From: Candidatus Thorarchaeota archaeon
GTDB lineage: Archaea; Asgardarchaeota; Thorarchaeia; Thorarchaeales; Thorarchaeaceae
Direction of reading: 5' to 3'
Assembly (NCBI GenBank): GCA_046482545.1
Contig: JAWOEX010000032.1
Coordinates: 160,001-224,000 of the forward strand
DNA: 64,000 nucleotides
In this document: in pieces, positions 10,365 to 20,714 of the stretch
Position numbering within the stretch: position 1 is the stretch's first letter
How the letters are laid out: the number at the start of each line of letters is the position of its first letter
Translations under genes and position numbers: made by a program
Notes under the pieces: model-generated
Database searches by the model: none
What the model was told of the DNA's origin: nothing
Seen by the model: only the letters and a program-made list of their open reading frames with translations

Positions 10365-12383
10365 CTATTCCTGAACACCCATTTCTTGGAAAACATCCTC
10401 ATCACTAATCTCCTCGATGAAGCGAGAGGGAGTACCAATTTCATCGGACCATCGAGAATCGAGCACTTCCGGATAAGTCAAGAATAGGTAGTCTTTGGCT
10501 CGAGTACAAGCAACATAGAAGAGCCTCCTTTCCTCCTCAATTTCATCTGGTTTGTTAAAGGCCATATGAAAAGGTAGGGCACCTTCAAGGAGCCTGATGA
10601 TATAGACCCCCTCCCATTCCAATCCTTTTGCTTGGTGGATGGTTGAAAGCACAATCTTCTTGGAATCCTCCTCGCTACTCTCTTCTGTGGTTGCCCCGAC
10701 AAGATTATACATTGTAAGAACGTCTGAAAGGAACTCGCCAGGCTCTTCATATCTTGCAGAGAAATTCACCAGTTCATGAAGATCCTGAATCCGCTCATCT
10801 GCATTATCATAGTTTTCTTCCACGATAGGTTGAATAAACTCAATAATCCTCTCAAGAATTACATCCAGAGACGGCAGATCGTCGCTTGATGACTGTGGGA
10901 GGTCTTCTCTGAAGAACTTCTGCACTTTTTGAAGACTTCGCATCCCTGTTTCGTAGACCCTTTTTCCAGCCATAGCAGCGGGCAAGTTAACTCTCACAAA
11001 TCTCGACATAGGCTTATCAGCTTCAAGAACCTCGTCAAGCACCTTGGATGCCGTAACGTCACCTATCCCTCTCTGCATGGTTAGGACTCTCATCCACTGT
11101 ACGGCATCAGAAGGATTGACGATAAGTATCAAGTGAGCCATTGCGTCTTTGATGTGGGCTCTTTCAAAGAATCGCAAGCCGGCTCGCATCTCATATTGAA
11201 TTCCGTAGTTTATGCAGGCTCGCTCGACTTCTAGGGAGTGATACCTTGCTCGGAACAAGATGGCCTGCTCACTTAGGGGTACGCCTTGTTCCTGAAGCTC
11301 AAGTATACGAGAACAGGTTAAATTCGCCTCTTCTCTTACATCCAAACAGGGGGTCAAATAGGGTTTATCTCCTGATTCTCGGGTTGGTTGCAACGTCTTT
11401 TCGAATTGGGACTCATTGTGAGCAATTGAAGCATTGACAAAGTCGAGTATTTCCGGAACGCTCCTATAGTTGCTTTCCAGCCTATATTCCGTTGTACCTT
11501 CATACCGTTCAGGGAATTCCAACATGTGTTTAATCTGAGCACCGCGAAATGAGTATATTGCCTGTGCGTCATCTCCCACTACCATGACCGACTGAGATTC
11601 TGAACTGATCTCCTTCACGATATCCGCCTGTAGTGTATTGACATCCTGATACTCGTCTACAAGTATGTGGTCGAACTGCCTCTTGATTTCGTCTCCAACA
11701 TCATCAGTTCGCAGAAGGTACAGGAAATTTACCAAGAGATCATCGAAATCCATCACGTTCATTTGCCGTTTGCGCACTTGGTAGGCATCAATCATCTTGA
11801 TGATGAAACCTGTTTGCTCCTCGTATCCCGGATAGAACTCCTTCACGACATCCTTAATCTTCTTAGCGAGGTTCAGTGCCTTAGAATAGATATTGACCAA
11901 CTGCGAGGGGCGAGGACGGGCTCTCTGTTCTTCTTCAGGCACGCGCCTACCGACGACCAGCTTCATGAGATCTTCAGCATCTTCTCGGTCAAGGATTGTG
12001 AAATCAGAGGTAAATCCCCATTCCAATGCATCAGCGTTTCTTTTGAGAAAGCGATTACAGATGTGATGGAATGTACCTGCAACAATATGATTGCCTCTTC
12101 CCCCTGTGAGGTACTCAACTCGGCGAATCATATCTTGGGCTGCTTTCTTTGTAAATGTCATCAGAGCGATTGCCTCTGCTGGCGTCCCTTTCTCAAGCAA
12201 CCAAGCAGCTCTATAGGTCAGTACTCTCGTCTTTCCTGACCCGGGACCAGCAATAACAAGTGCAGGCCCTGCTTCATGGGTGACGGCTTCATACTGTTCA
12301 TCATTGAGTTCATCTTTGAAGCGCCTATCCACATCTTCAGGGAGTTGTCGTATTTTGAAGAGCTCTTCCTTCTCTTTCTGCAT
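10365..12383 (-). CDS. UvrD/PcrA/Rep SF1A DNA helicase
   Basis: AGPGSGKT, LVDEYQD, VGDDAQAIYSFRGA, NYRS, STIHQAKGLEW, EERRLFYVACTRA. Confidence 0.97.
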   Translation of the reverse strand: MQKEKEELFKIRQLPEDVDRRFKDELNDEQYEAVTHEAGPALVIAGPGSGKTRVLTYRAAWLLEKGTPAEAIALMTFTKKAAQDMIRRVEYLTGGRGNHIVAGTFHHICNRFLKRNADALEWGFTSDFTILDREDAEDLMKLVVGRRVPEEEQRARPRPSQLVNIYSKALNLAKKIKDVVKEFYPGYEEQTGFIIKMIDAYQVRKRQMNVMDFDDLLVNFLYLLRTDDVGDEIKRQFDHILVDEYQDVNTLQADIVKEISSESQSVMVVGDDAQAIYSFRGAQIKHMLEFPERYEGTTEYRLESNYRSVPEILDFVNASIAHNESQFEKTLQPTRESGDKPYLTPCLDVREEANLTCSRILELQEQGVPLSEQAILFRARYHSLEVERACINYGIQYEMRAGLRFFERAHIKDAMAHLILIVNPSDAVQWMRVLTMQRGIGDVTASKVLDEVLEADKPMSRFVRVNLPAAMAGKRVYETGMRSLQKVQKFFREDLPQSSSDDLPSLDVILERIIEFIQPIVEENYDNADERIQDLHELVNFSARYEEPGEFLSDVLTMYNLVGATTEESSEEDSKKIVLSTIHQAKGLEWEGVYIIRLLEGALPFHMAFNKPDEIEEERRLFYVACTRAKDYLFLTYPEVLDSRWSDEIGTPSRFIEEISDEDVFQEMGVQE

Positions 12384-12569
12384 TCTACAGGCATCCGTCT
12401 ATAGTACAATATGGTGCTGAGTTGAGGTGCGAGATTCGCTTTAAAGAACCTTCACTCGTCGCGTAAGAGTACACCTTTACCGGTTTTAAGTACAAGTCTG
12501 CCCAATTTTAACTACAAGGTTTTCCCAAACAGTAGACCTTTTCTTCATGTTCTTCAATGGTTTGTTGTA

Positions 12570-13505
12570 ATGATACTCCTGAAAAATGAAGATATTACAG
12601 AACTTGTAACTATGGAGGAATGCATTGCGGCTGTTGAGCAGGCATTTCTCAAGGACGCAGAAGGGAAGACAGTCTATCCCTCCAAGAGCCAGTTCATGCT
12701 TCCAACTGACGAATGGCGCTGGTGGGCTTTCATGCCTGTTTATGTTGAAGGTATGGGGGTTGCCTGCAAAGCAGTATGTGATTATCCGCAAAACAAAAAG
12801 AGAGGAAAGCCTACTATCATCGGAACAATATTGCTTGCTGATTCTGAGACCGGTGAAATACAAGCAATCATGGATGGCACTCGTTTAACAGCCTTGAGAA
12901 CCGGAGCGTTGGGAGCAGTCGCTGCGAAGTACTTGTCTCGAAAAGATGCGGTGACTGTTGGTATTGTGGGTTGTGGTATTCAGGCCCGAAAGCAGCTGGA
13001 AGGTTTGACCAACGTAAGGCCAATTACGAGGGCCAAGATTTTCGATCTGAACAGCGATGCCATGGACAAGTTCAAGGATGATATGGCATATCTTGGCATT
13101 GAGATAGAAACATCTGATGCAGAACAGGTTCAGAATGCGGACATTGTGGTAGCTGCTACTCCATCCAAAGAACCCGTCATCAATGGCAACCTCATCGGTC
13201 CCGGAACCCATGTGACTTCAATTGGGGCTCATACACCGGATGCGAGAGAGGTTGATGATAATCTCATTCACAAGTCCAAGATAGTCATTGACTCTGCTGA
13301 TGCCAAAAAATCAGGTGATATTAAGGACTATCACGGTGATCCCATTAAAATTAAGGATGTACTCACGGGTACGGACGTGCGGACAGCTGAAGATGATATA
13401 ACCTTCTTCAAGTCCGTCGGAACAGCTCTTCAGGACGTTGCTGCAGCCAGCCTAGCTTATGAGAAGGCACTGGAGAAAAGAAATGGAATGACAATTGAAT
13501 TCTGA
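12570..13505 (+). CDS. Ornithine cyclodeaminase/mu-crystallin family (archaeal alanine dehydrogenase-like)
   Basis: LTALRTGA, GCGIQA, IGAHTP, FKSVGTALQDVA. Confidence 0.9.
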   Translation: MILLKNEDITELVTMEECIAAVEQAFLKDAEGKTVYPSKSQFMLPTDEWRWWAFMPVYVEGMGVACKAVCDYPQNKKRGKPTIIGTILLADSETGEIQAIMDGTRLTALRTGALGAVAAKYLSRKDAVTVGIVGCGIQARKQLEGLTNVRPITRAKIFDLNSDAMDKFKDDMAYLGIEIETSDAEQVQNADIVVAATPSKEPVINGNLIGPGTHVTSIGAHTPDAREVDDNLIHKSKIVIDSADAKKSGDIKDYHGDPIKIKDVLTGTDVRTAEDDITFFKSVGTALQDVAAASLAYEKALEKRNGMTIEF

Positions 13506-13754
13506 CTCTCGTTTTGGTGTGTGAACGATATACCGCTCTCGGGCTTTTTCCAGCAGGTTAAGCAGGCCGACTTTCAGTCTCAGGGAACCTCTAGGAAAAG
13601 TAAACGAAGGTATCAGTTAACATAACACATCTAAATGTGTGACTCTATTGATTCGGCACGGATATCTCTGTTTTGGCCATCATAGATTTTTCTATTTTGA
13701 ACTTGAGTGAATATAATTTGTCTGTTCAAGATTACAGGACAAACTAGATAACTA

Positions 13755-13794
13755 CGAAAGTTTAAGTATATACGTATATACGTACATACGTATG
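13755..13794 (+). promoter_or_regulatory. BRE/TATA promoter with triple TACGTA operator of the vapBC operon
   Basis: CGAAAG-TTTAAGTA at 13755-13768; TACGTA at 13771, 13779 and 13787 (8-bp period); ATG at 13792. Confidence 0.75.
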
Positions 13795-14052
13795 ACAAAG
13801 AGAAAAAAGGTAACTTTGAGTCTAGACGAGGATACCGTAGCAAACATAAGAAATGAACTTCCAACAGGGACGAGCCTTAGCAGCGTCGTTGAGAAATCAT
13901 TGGAAAGTATGTCCTCCAATATGTTCCTGGATGGTCTAGCTTCTGCTCTTGACCTAGAAACGAGAATAATGTCTCCCCGAGAAATTACCAGTAGTAGAAG
14001 AAAGGGTGCAAAGGCCGAAGTGATTATTCGCGAGCTACGAGATGAAGCATAG
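13792..14052 (+). CDS. Putative ribbon-helix-helix antitoxin (VapB-like)
   Basis: KKVTLSLDE beta-strand then helices; abuts PIN gene. Confidence 0.75.
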   Translation: MTKRKKVTLSLDEDTVANIRNELPTGTSLSSVVEKSLESMSSNMFLDGLASALDLETRIMSPREITSSRRKGAKAEVIIRELRDEA

Positions 14053-14499
14053 ATGCCGAAGAGCATTTATCTCGATACAAGTGCAGTTGTGAAAAGGTTT
14101 CTCGAAGAAGAGGGAACACAAATAGTTGATTCATTTTTCGAACAGTGTTATGACGAAAAAGCAGAACTAGTTCTTTCCCAATGGAATCTGGGCGAAGCTG
14201 CGGTTGTCTTCAACAAGTATGAGAACCGAAATATCATCCCCAGTGCTGAAGAGTCTTTCATGTTGCTGTATAATGAACTAAGCTTACTTGTTAAACTTGG
14301 ATCAACTCGTATTGTTCCTGTGCTGGGGAAGATTGTAAGCGACAGCATTCCCTTGATTCTCAAATATCAACTGTATATTGCTGATGCTATTCAAATAACG
14401 ACATGTACATCTCAGGAGTGCGATTTATTTGCTACATTTGATGATAGACTGGCCGATATCGCCGAGAATGAAGGGCTTAACGTCTTGAAGAATTCATGA
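14053..14499 (+). CDS. vapC: PIN-domain toxin (VapC family)
   Basis: IYLDTSAVVK, E, ADAIQI, FATFDDRL acidic tetrad. Confidence 0.92.
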   Translation: MPKSIYLDTSAVVKRFLEEEGTQIVDSFFEQCYDEKAELVLSQWNLGEAAVVFNKYENRNIIPSAEESFMLLYNELSLLVKLGSTRIVPVLGKIVSDSIPLILKYQLYIADAIQITTCTSQECDLFATFDDRLADIAENEGLNVLKNS

Positions 14500-14654
14500 A
14501 TAGTGATAATCACCGATGCTTGTCTGTGTCGCTGAAATCAGAGTTCCGTTCGAGGGGTGTTGAATGATGAAATTACTTCTTTGTCAATGTACAATCTTTT
14601 GAACACACTCTTCAAAACATAGAGTCATATTCAAACTTGCATTACTATATTTGA

Positions 14655-15377
14655 GTGATAATCGTGAAGAATTACGAAACTGGTTTAGACAAAGCAGTAA
14701 CAGCTTCTGTGATTGTTGCAGTAGTCGTCATAGCCGGCCTTCTTGCTGTAACGTTCTTACTACCGGGCGGAGAAACACCGCCTCCCAATGGACCAAATGG
14801 GGGTTTTGGCACGAAGGCTGCTGAGTATCTCAATAGCCGTAGAGATGATGTAGTATTCTACTGGATGTGTAATTCCACGTTCGTTAATGAGCGCCTTACG
14901 CAATACTATCAGGAGACCGAACCTGATGCTTTCGTTGATGGGGTCAGAATGTCAAAAGATGCGGAAACTGGCACGATTGAAGTTCTTTTTGCTCCCTACA
15001 GTGCAAACTTAACGGGGACTGGCCAAATGTCACTGGATGCGTGGGCAACCATGAGTGGCTCTCTTGTAGATGACGCAATCGCTCAAATGCCGGATGCTAG
15101 TGATCACCCTGACAACTTTCCGTCCACTTGGCCAGTAGATTTCTACGTGGACATTTTCTTCGATGATAACACATTTTTCTTCATCGGGTACACCGAGTCT
15201 GATCAGATGGTCTTTCTACGTAATGGGACATGGAGCGGAAATCTACGTGAGAATGGGCACCCAGAGATAACAGGACATGCTCAGACTGGGTACTGGTTAG
15301 AAGCGAATGGGTTGATGACAACCCCTATAGACAATTTCTATGATGCGATTACAGCAAATGTTGCATATCCAGAATGA
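14655..15377 (+). CDS. N-terminally membrane-anchored extracellular protein
   Basis: Single TM, Pro/Gly linker, N-glycosylation sequons. Confidence 0.7.
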   Translation: MIIVKNYETGLDKAVTASVIVAVVVIAGLLAVTFLLPGGETPPPNGPNGGFGTKAAEYLNSRRDDVVFYWMCNSTFVNERLTQYYQETEPDAFVDGVRMSKDAETGTIEVLFAPYSANLTGTGQMSLDAWATMSGSLVDDAIAQMPDASDHPDNFPSTWPVDFYVDIFFDDNTFFFIGYTESDQMVFLRNGTWSGNLRENGHPEITGHAQTGYWLEANGLMTTPIDNFYDAITANVAYPE

Positions 15378-15447
15378 ACCAATACTGAAAAGACCGCCCT
15401 TTTATACTGGGCGCTCCACCTTTTAGTGAAATTGCCGGGCGGAGTCA

Positions 15448-15897
15448 ATGGCAACCGAAGCGGAGGAACAGGAGCTTGTCAGTAAAATGCTCAAGGGACG
15501 AACGATACGCGTCTACTCTCTTCTGCTGACCAACGATAAGCTGGGTGTACGGGAGGTATAAAGAACACTGGGATTTTCAAGTCCCAGTCTTGCCTTGCAT
15601 CATCTAACCAAGTTAAGGAGTTCAGATCTAGGCGATAAGAACGAGCATGGGGAGTACTTCGCAACTGAAATCGTCAAAGTAGGCTCTTTATCCCTGTTTG
15701 TACGGATTGGAAAGGTCTTGCTCCCCCGGTTCATCTTTCTTGCGACTCTGCTGGTGGGAGCACTTGTCAGCTATGCTGTGTTCTTCATACAGTGGCCTGT
15801 CACCGGTGCAGATATCATGTTCATGGGTGTTTGCACCATTTCATTGATTGTCGTGCTTCACGAAAGCCATAGAATCTGGCTCTTAGCACCTTTCTAA
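15448..15897 (+). pseudogene. Membrane-tethered winged-helix regulator interrupted by an in-frame TAA
   Basis: ATG 15448 reads MATEAEEQELVSKMLKGRTIRVYSLLLTNDKLGVREV*RTLGFSSPSLALHHLTKL; TAA at 15559-15561; continues in frame into ORF 15595-15897 with two TM helices. Confidence 0.8.
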
Positions 15898-16107
15898 CGT
15901 TGCTTTAGAATCTCATGCAGCACCATAAACAACTGCAGGAAAGCTGTAGGTAGGATTACGTGTGTCAGAATTTTTGCACTAATAGTCGATGGACGCTGCC
16001 CAGGGGATTACCTGGATAGCCTCTTCATTTTGACTAGGAAAAAGGAGGGGCATAAGATTCAATAAGTCCAAGCAATCGCTTTTCCAAAGGCATCGAATAA
16101 AGGGATA

Positions 16108-17664
16108 TTGATTAGAATGAAAGACGACCCGTTTGAGAAACTCCATGAAATGCGAAAGAAGGCAAAGCTCGGAGGCGGAAAGAAACGCATTGAACGCCAG
16201 CACGAGAAAGGAAAACTGACCGCTCGTGAACGGATTAATAGGCTTCTTGACCCCGATTCTTTTGTGGAAATTGACGAGTTTGTTGTGCATAGGGAAGACA
16301 AATTCGGCATGGATGAGAAGAAAATACTTGGGGACGGAATAGTCACGGGCTACGGTACGATAAACGGCCGAAAAGTCTTCGTTTTTAGTCAGGATTTCAC
16401 CGTTTTTGGCGGCTCGCTATCAGAAATGTTCGGAAAGAAGATTTGCAAAGTTATGGACCTTGCATTGGAGTCAGGCAACCCTATTATCGGTTTGAATGAC
16501 AGCGGCGGAGCTAGAATTCAAGAAGGAATCAAATCTCTTAAAAGTTATTGTGATGTTTTTAGGAAAAACACACATGCTAGTGGGGTGATTCCCCAGATTT
16601 CTGCTGTAATGGGGCCATGTGCTGGGGGAGCAGTGTACAGCCCTGCTGTAACTGACTTTACTCTGATGGTGAAGGAGACTGCTCATATGTTCATTACCGG
16701 TCCAGAGGTTGTTAAGACCGTGACAGGTGAAGAAATATCGTTTGAAGAACTTGGTGGGGCAATGACCCACGCATCTAAGAGCGGCGTGGCGCATCTGGTA
16801 AGCGAAGATGAAGATCATTGTTTTGACCAAATACGTTCCCTTCTTAGCTTCATGCCTTCCAATAACCTTGAGGATCCGCCCCGCGTTGAGACAGGACACG
16901 CACCTGATGATATCGACGAGTCAATTGACGAAGTGGTGCCCCAAGACCCCAACAAACCATATGATATGCGTGATGTTGTTACAAAGCTGGTAGACAACGG
17001 CGAATTCTTTGAGATACACGAACACTGGGCTCAGAACATGACAGTTGGCTTTGCGAGGTTCGATGGGCGACCAGTGGGCATCGTGGGTAACAATCCTGCG
17101 CATCTTGCCGGCACCATCGATATCGATGCTTCTGACAAATGTTCACGGTTCGTGAGATTCTGTGATGCATTCAATATACCTGTCATAACTTTCATGGATG
17201 TACCGGGGTACCTGCCTGGTACGGAACAAGAATGGGGTGGCATCATCAGACACGGAGCGAAAATCCTCTACGCATTTGCTGAAGCCACAGTGCCTCTCAT
17301 CACGATTATCACTCGCAAGGGCTATGGCGGAGCCTACGATGTTATGAGTAGCCGCCACATTGGTGCGGACTTGGTTTATGCATGGCCTGGCTCTGAGATT
17401 GCCGTTATGGGGCCACAGGGAGCTATCAACATCATCTTCCGGAAAGAGATTAGAGACGCTGAAGATAAGGAAGCAAAGCGCCAAGAGCTCGTGGATGAGT
17501 ACAGAGAAGAATTCGCGCATCCATATGTTGCCGCAGGGCTAGGATACATTGACAAGGTGGTCTTCCCCCGTGAGACGCGACCCCTGATTTGTAAAGGCCT
17601 TGACATTCTGGAAACGAAACGTCAGGATAGACCTCCCAAGAAACATGGCAATATCCCCCTATAG
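16108..17664 (+). CDS. Acyl-CoA carboxylase carboxyltransferase (PccB/MmdA/transcarboxylase 12S-like)
   Basis: QDFTVFGGS, DSGGARIQEG, GPCAGGAVYSPA, RFCDAFNIP, KKHGNIPL. Confidence 0.96.
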   Translation: MIRMKDDPFEKLHEMRKKAKLGGGKKRIERQHEKGKLTARERINRLLDPDSFVEIDEFVVHREDKFGMDEKKILGDGIVTGYGTINGRKVFVFSQDFTVFGGSLSEMFGKKICKVMDLALESGNPIIGLNDSGGARIQEGIKSLKSYCDVFRKNTHASGVIPQISAVMGPCAGGAVYSPAVTDFTLMVKETAHMFITGPEVVKTVTGEEISFEELGGAMTHASKSGVAHLVSEDEDHCFDQIRSLLSFMPSNNLEDPPRVETGHAPDDIDESIDEVVPQDPNKPYDMRDVVTKLVDNGEFFEIHEHWAQNMTVGFARFDGRPVGIVGNNPAHLAGTIDIDASDKCSRFVRFCDAFNIPVITFMDVPGYLPGTEQEWGGIIRHGAKILYAFAEATVPLITIITRKGYGGAYDVMSSRHIGADLVYAWPGSEIAVMGPQGAINIIFRKEIRDAEDKEAKRQELVDEYREEFAHPYVAAGLGYIDKVVFPRETRPLICKGLDILETKRQDRPPKKHGNIPL

Positions 17665-17795
17665 GTATGGAAGGACCCCCTCCTTCCTCGCTTCCTTTGT
17701 CATCTATTGACTTTATACAGTTGATATACCACATACCTGCATTCTAAACTCCTTATCACAAATACCAAAAGGTCAAAACGTGAAATAGACATGAT

Positions 17796-18071
17796 ATGAG
17801 AAAGGAGGTGAAAAAGAAAATGGAGGTAGTTAAACGAAGTGGCGAACGCGAGACTTTCATGCCCGAGAAGATTACCGTGAGCGCGGTGAAGGCAGGAGCG
17901 TCTTATGGTACTGCACGAAGCATTGCAGGTTCAGCCCAATCAGAATTCGAAAGCATTGCAGAGACTGCACAAATCAGAGACTATGTTCTAACAGAGCTTC
18001 GTTCGAGAGGCGAAAAATCTGCAGCTCAGTCTTGGGAGCGTTATGATCAGGAAAAGAAAGGTCGGAAGTGA
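17796..18071 (+). CDS. Stand-alone ATP-cone domain protein
   Basis: VVKRSGERETFMPEKI signature. Confidence 0.85.
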   Translation: MRKEVKKKMEVVKRSGERETFMPEKITVSAVKAGASYGTARSIAGSAQSEFESIAETAQIRDYVLTELRSRGEKSAAQSWERYDQEKKGRK

Positions 18072-18706
18072 CCATAGTAATGGATTTGGAGCAACTGCTT
18101 GAGGAAAAAGGGCGGCTGTTTTCGGAAGAACTTGGTATTGATGTGGAGAATGAACCGTTCAAATGGTTCATCGCATCGGTGCTTTTTGGTGCTCGGATTT
18201 CAACCGACATCGCGAAGAGAACCTATCGAGAATATGAGGAAAAGGGTCTTACAACACCAGAAGCCATTGATTCCGCATGGCGCTACACGTTAATTAGAAC
18301 ACATGGAAATGGCGGATACGCAAGATACGATGGCATAACAGCCGACTACATGAAATCCATTTCTGAGAAGATACTCGATGAATATGATGGCGACATAAGG
18401 AATGTAGACCGACAAAGTGATTCGTCTAACGAGCTAAAAAAGAGGCTTGAGGAGTTCGAGGGAGTAGGTCCAGTGACTACTAAGATTTTTCTTCGGGAAC
18501 TGCGAGGAATCTGGCAAAATGCGGATCCGGAGCTAACCGATATTGAAAAGAACGCCGCCAAGGACCTCGGTTTCATTTCTAATGGGGAGAATGCAACTGA
18601 CAAAGTCAAACAATTCTGGCAGGATAGTCGTACTGAAAGATTTGATTTTCGAAATCTACAAGCGGCATTGGTACGGCATGGGCTGAATATCAGAAGGTCC
18701 GAGTGA
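18068..18706 (+). CDS. HhH-GPD superfamily (endonuclease III-related) protein
   Basis: FKWFIASVLFGARI, GGYARYD, HhH FEGVGPVT, FLRELRGIW. Confidence 0.8.
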   Translation: MTIVMDLEQLLEEKGRLFSEELGIDVENEPFKWFIASVLFGARISTDIAKRTYREYEEKGLTTPEAIDSAWRYTLIRTHGNGGYARYDGITADYMKSISEKILDEYDGDIRNVDRQSDSSNELKKRLEEFEGVGPVTTKIFLRELRGIWQNADPELTDIEKNAAKDLGFISNGENATDKVKQFWQDSRTERFDFRNLQAALVRHGLNIRRSE

Positions 18707-18768
18707 TGATTCTGTTCATAGGCCTTCCGAAAAGGGTGATTGAATTGTGAGCCTTTCCAAGAAAGCAA

Positions 18769-19980
18769 TTAGAAGTGCTCAATGAGCCATGGCCTAGCTT
18801 TGGGGAACCACTCGTCAAGAAAGTCTGGGGCCTTTTCTTTCAACATACCGAGCTCGAAGAGCTCATCGCACGATAGTGTGCCATACAAAAGACAAGCCAA
18901 ACTACCTATGCTCATTCTGATATCTGGTTTGGACTTGCCTTTCGGTTCAACAGAAAGCTCGCCATTTCGGTTTGTAACCTGAAATGTTTGTGAATTCCAT
19001 TCGAACTGGTCATCAATTACTCCAATTGCTACTGAGCCGCTGTTGCTTACAGAGATGCCATTGAACGCTTCTTCAACATCAACTATTCTTGCCATTGTAA
19101 TAAAGCGAGCCTCTACCCTTGGAATGTTTATTCCTTCTATCCAGTGGTAGTATGTTTGAGAAAGAGGAGTAACCGGCATTCTGACTTCTATTATTTGATC
19201 TTGATGCAATGAAATGAAACTCAGCAAGGCTTTCAGGGCCTTTGGGTTTTTCCACAATATTTCTTGCACATTCATGGTTCCGACCTTATCCCTATTTTCG
19301 AACTGACCATAGCCCTTCTTGCGATATGCGAGATACCCTTCTGGCTCAGACTTCGGCCCATATGCTATTGCAAGATTGCCGTGAAACCAGATTTTGTGTT
19401 CATCCCACCGCTTCTTTGACCGTTTTGCAGCACCATGGGTTCGTGATACCACATGCTCGTGGATTCCTTTGCAGGCCGTCCAGCCTTCTTTGGGGTCTAC
19501 TCTTTCTATTCGATAGTCGGCTAGATTCTTTGAATACACTAGGTCTTTGGGATTGAATGTGAACGTGTACCATGGGGATAACTTCACATAACCCATCGAG
19601 CTGTAGAAGCTATCTTTGAATGGATATAACATGCTCACTGCGTACCCTTCCTCCTGAAGCTCTTTGAGGGATTGCAGCATAATCTCTCTAACGTATCCGA
19701 GACGCCGAGTTTCAGGAGCACTGGCAACCATGCTGACAGCTACCATTTTCTTCCAAGTACCACGCACATTTTGTTCAAGTGGAATCATTCTTGCGTGTGC
19801 ACGAGGTTTACCATCGCTAACGGCAAGGAAGAATTCATTTGAAACATCTATTTCTCTTAGACATTTCCCCATTCTTTCGTCTTCATCTGGTGGTATCGCG
19901 TAGCTATATCGATTCAATTTGATTATGTCTTCAATGTCTTCGGGTTTACCTCGACGCACTATCATGATGCTCATATCCAA
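18769..19980 (-). CDS. Eis-like GNAT acetyltransferase
   Basis: VASAPETRRLGY, LYPFKDSFY, MARIVDVE, C-terminal SCP2-like LACLLYG. Confidence 0.9.
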   Translation of the reverse strand: MDMSIMIVRRGKPEDIEDIIKLNRYSYAIPPDEDERMGKCLREIDVSNEFFLAVSDGKPRAHARMIPLEQNVRGTWKKMVAVSMVASAPETRRLGYVREIMLQSLKELQEEGYAVSMLYPFKDSFYSSMGYVKLSPWYTFTFNPKDLVYSKNLADYRIERVDPKEGWTACKGIHEHVVSRTHGAAKRSKKRWDEHKIWFHGNLAIAYGPKSEPEGYLAYRKKGYGQFENRDKVGTMNVQEILWKNPKALKALLSFISLHQDQIIEVRMPVTPLSQTYYHWIEGINIPRVEARFITMARIVDVEEAFNGISVSNSGSVAIGVIDDQFEWNSQTFQVTNRNGELSVEPKGKSKPDIRMSIGSLACLLYGTLSCDELFELGMLKEKAPDFLDEWFPKARPWLIEHF

Positions 19981-20101
19981 CAGTTTCTTTCGCCTGTCAA
20001 AGGGGTATTTTACTGATTTGCATCAAGCCATCTGAGCACACAATAGCTTACTCAAAGGCCAGATTGGTCAAAACAATATCTCTTTACTCTATTCTCTGGC
20101 A

Positions 20102-20662
20102 TTAGCTGTCTAGCTTGAGCGAGAAGGTTCTTTCGGCTTTCTCAAGCTTTGGTTTGATTACAACTCTGCAGTAGCCCCGGCCCGGGTATTTCTTGTAGTA
20201 GTCTTGGTGATGGTCTTCAGCTGGATAGAACTTCTTTAATGGCCTGATTTCCGTGACTATGGGATTATCGTACTTGCCGTTTTCATTGAGTTCCGTTTTC
20301 TTCTGCTCAGCTTTGCGTTTCTGTTCTTCGTTGTGATAGAATATGGCCGACCTGTACTGAGTCCCGACATCGTTTCCCTGCCGATTCAGGCTTGTCGGGT
20401 CGTGTGTCTCAAAGAATATCTCCAGTAGTTCTTCGTAGCTGATTTCCTCCGGATTGTACTCAATCTGAACTACTTCAGCATGACCTGTATTTCCAGAGCA
20501 CACTTCTTCATATGTTGGATTTTTCACATCTCCGCCGGCATATCCCGAGGTAACGGATTGAACGCCTTTCATCCGCTGGAAGACTGCTTCAGTGCACCAG
20601 AAGCATCCTCCTCCAAATGTAGCTTTTTTCATATTAGTAGTATGGTTAATAGTCTTTAACAA
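20102..20662 (-). CDS. msrA: Peptide methionine sulfoxide reductase MsrA
   Basis: GGCFWC, GHAEVVQ, HDPT, RQGNDVGTQYRS, AEDHHQDY. Confidence 0.98.
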   Translation of the reverse strand: MLKTINHTTNMKKATFGGGCFWCTEAVFQRMKGVQSVTSGYAGGDVKNPTYEEVCSGNTGHAEVVQIEYNPEEISYEELLEIFFETHDPTSLNRQGNDVGTQYRSAIFYHNEEQKRKAEQKKTELNENGKYDNPIVTEIRPLKKFYPAEDHHQDYYKKYPGRGYCRVVIKPKLEKAERTFSLKLDS

Positions 20663-20714
20663 CTAATGGATACGTGAGCTGCTTCCCTTCTGGCTATCGC
20701 ATTCATCGCTTTTC

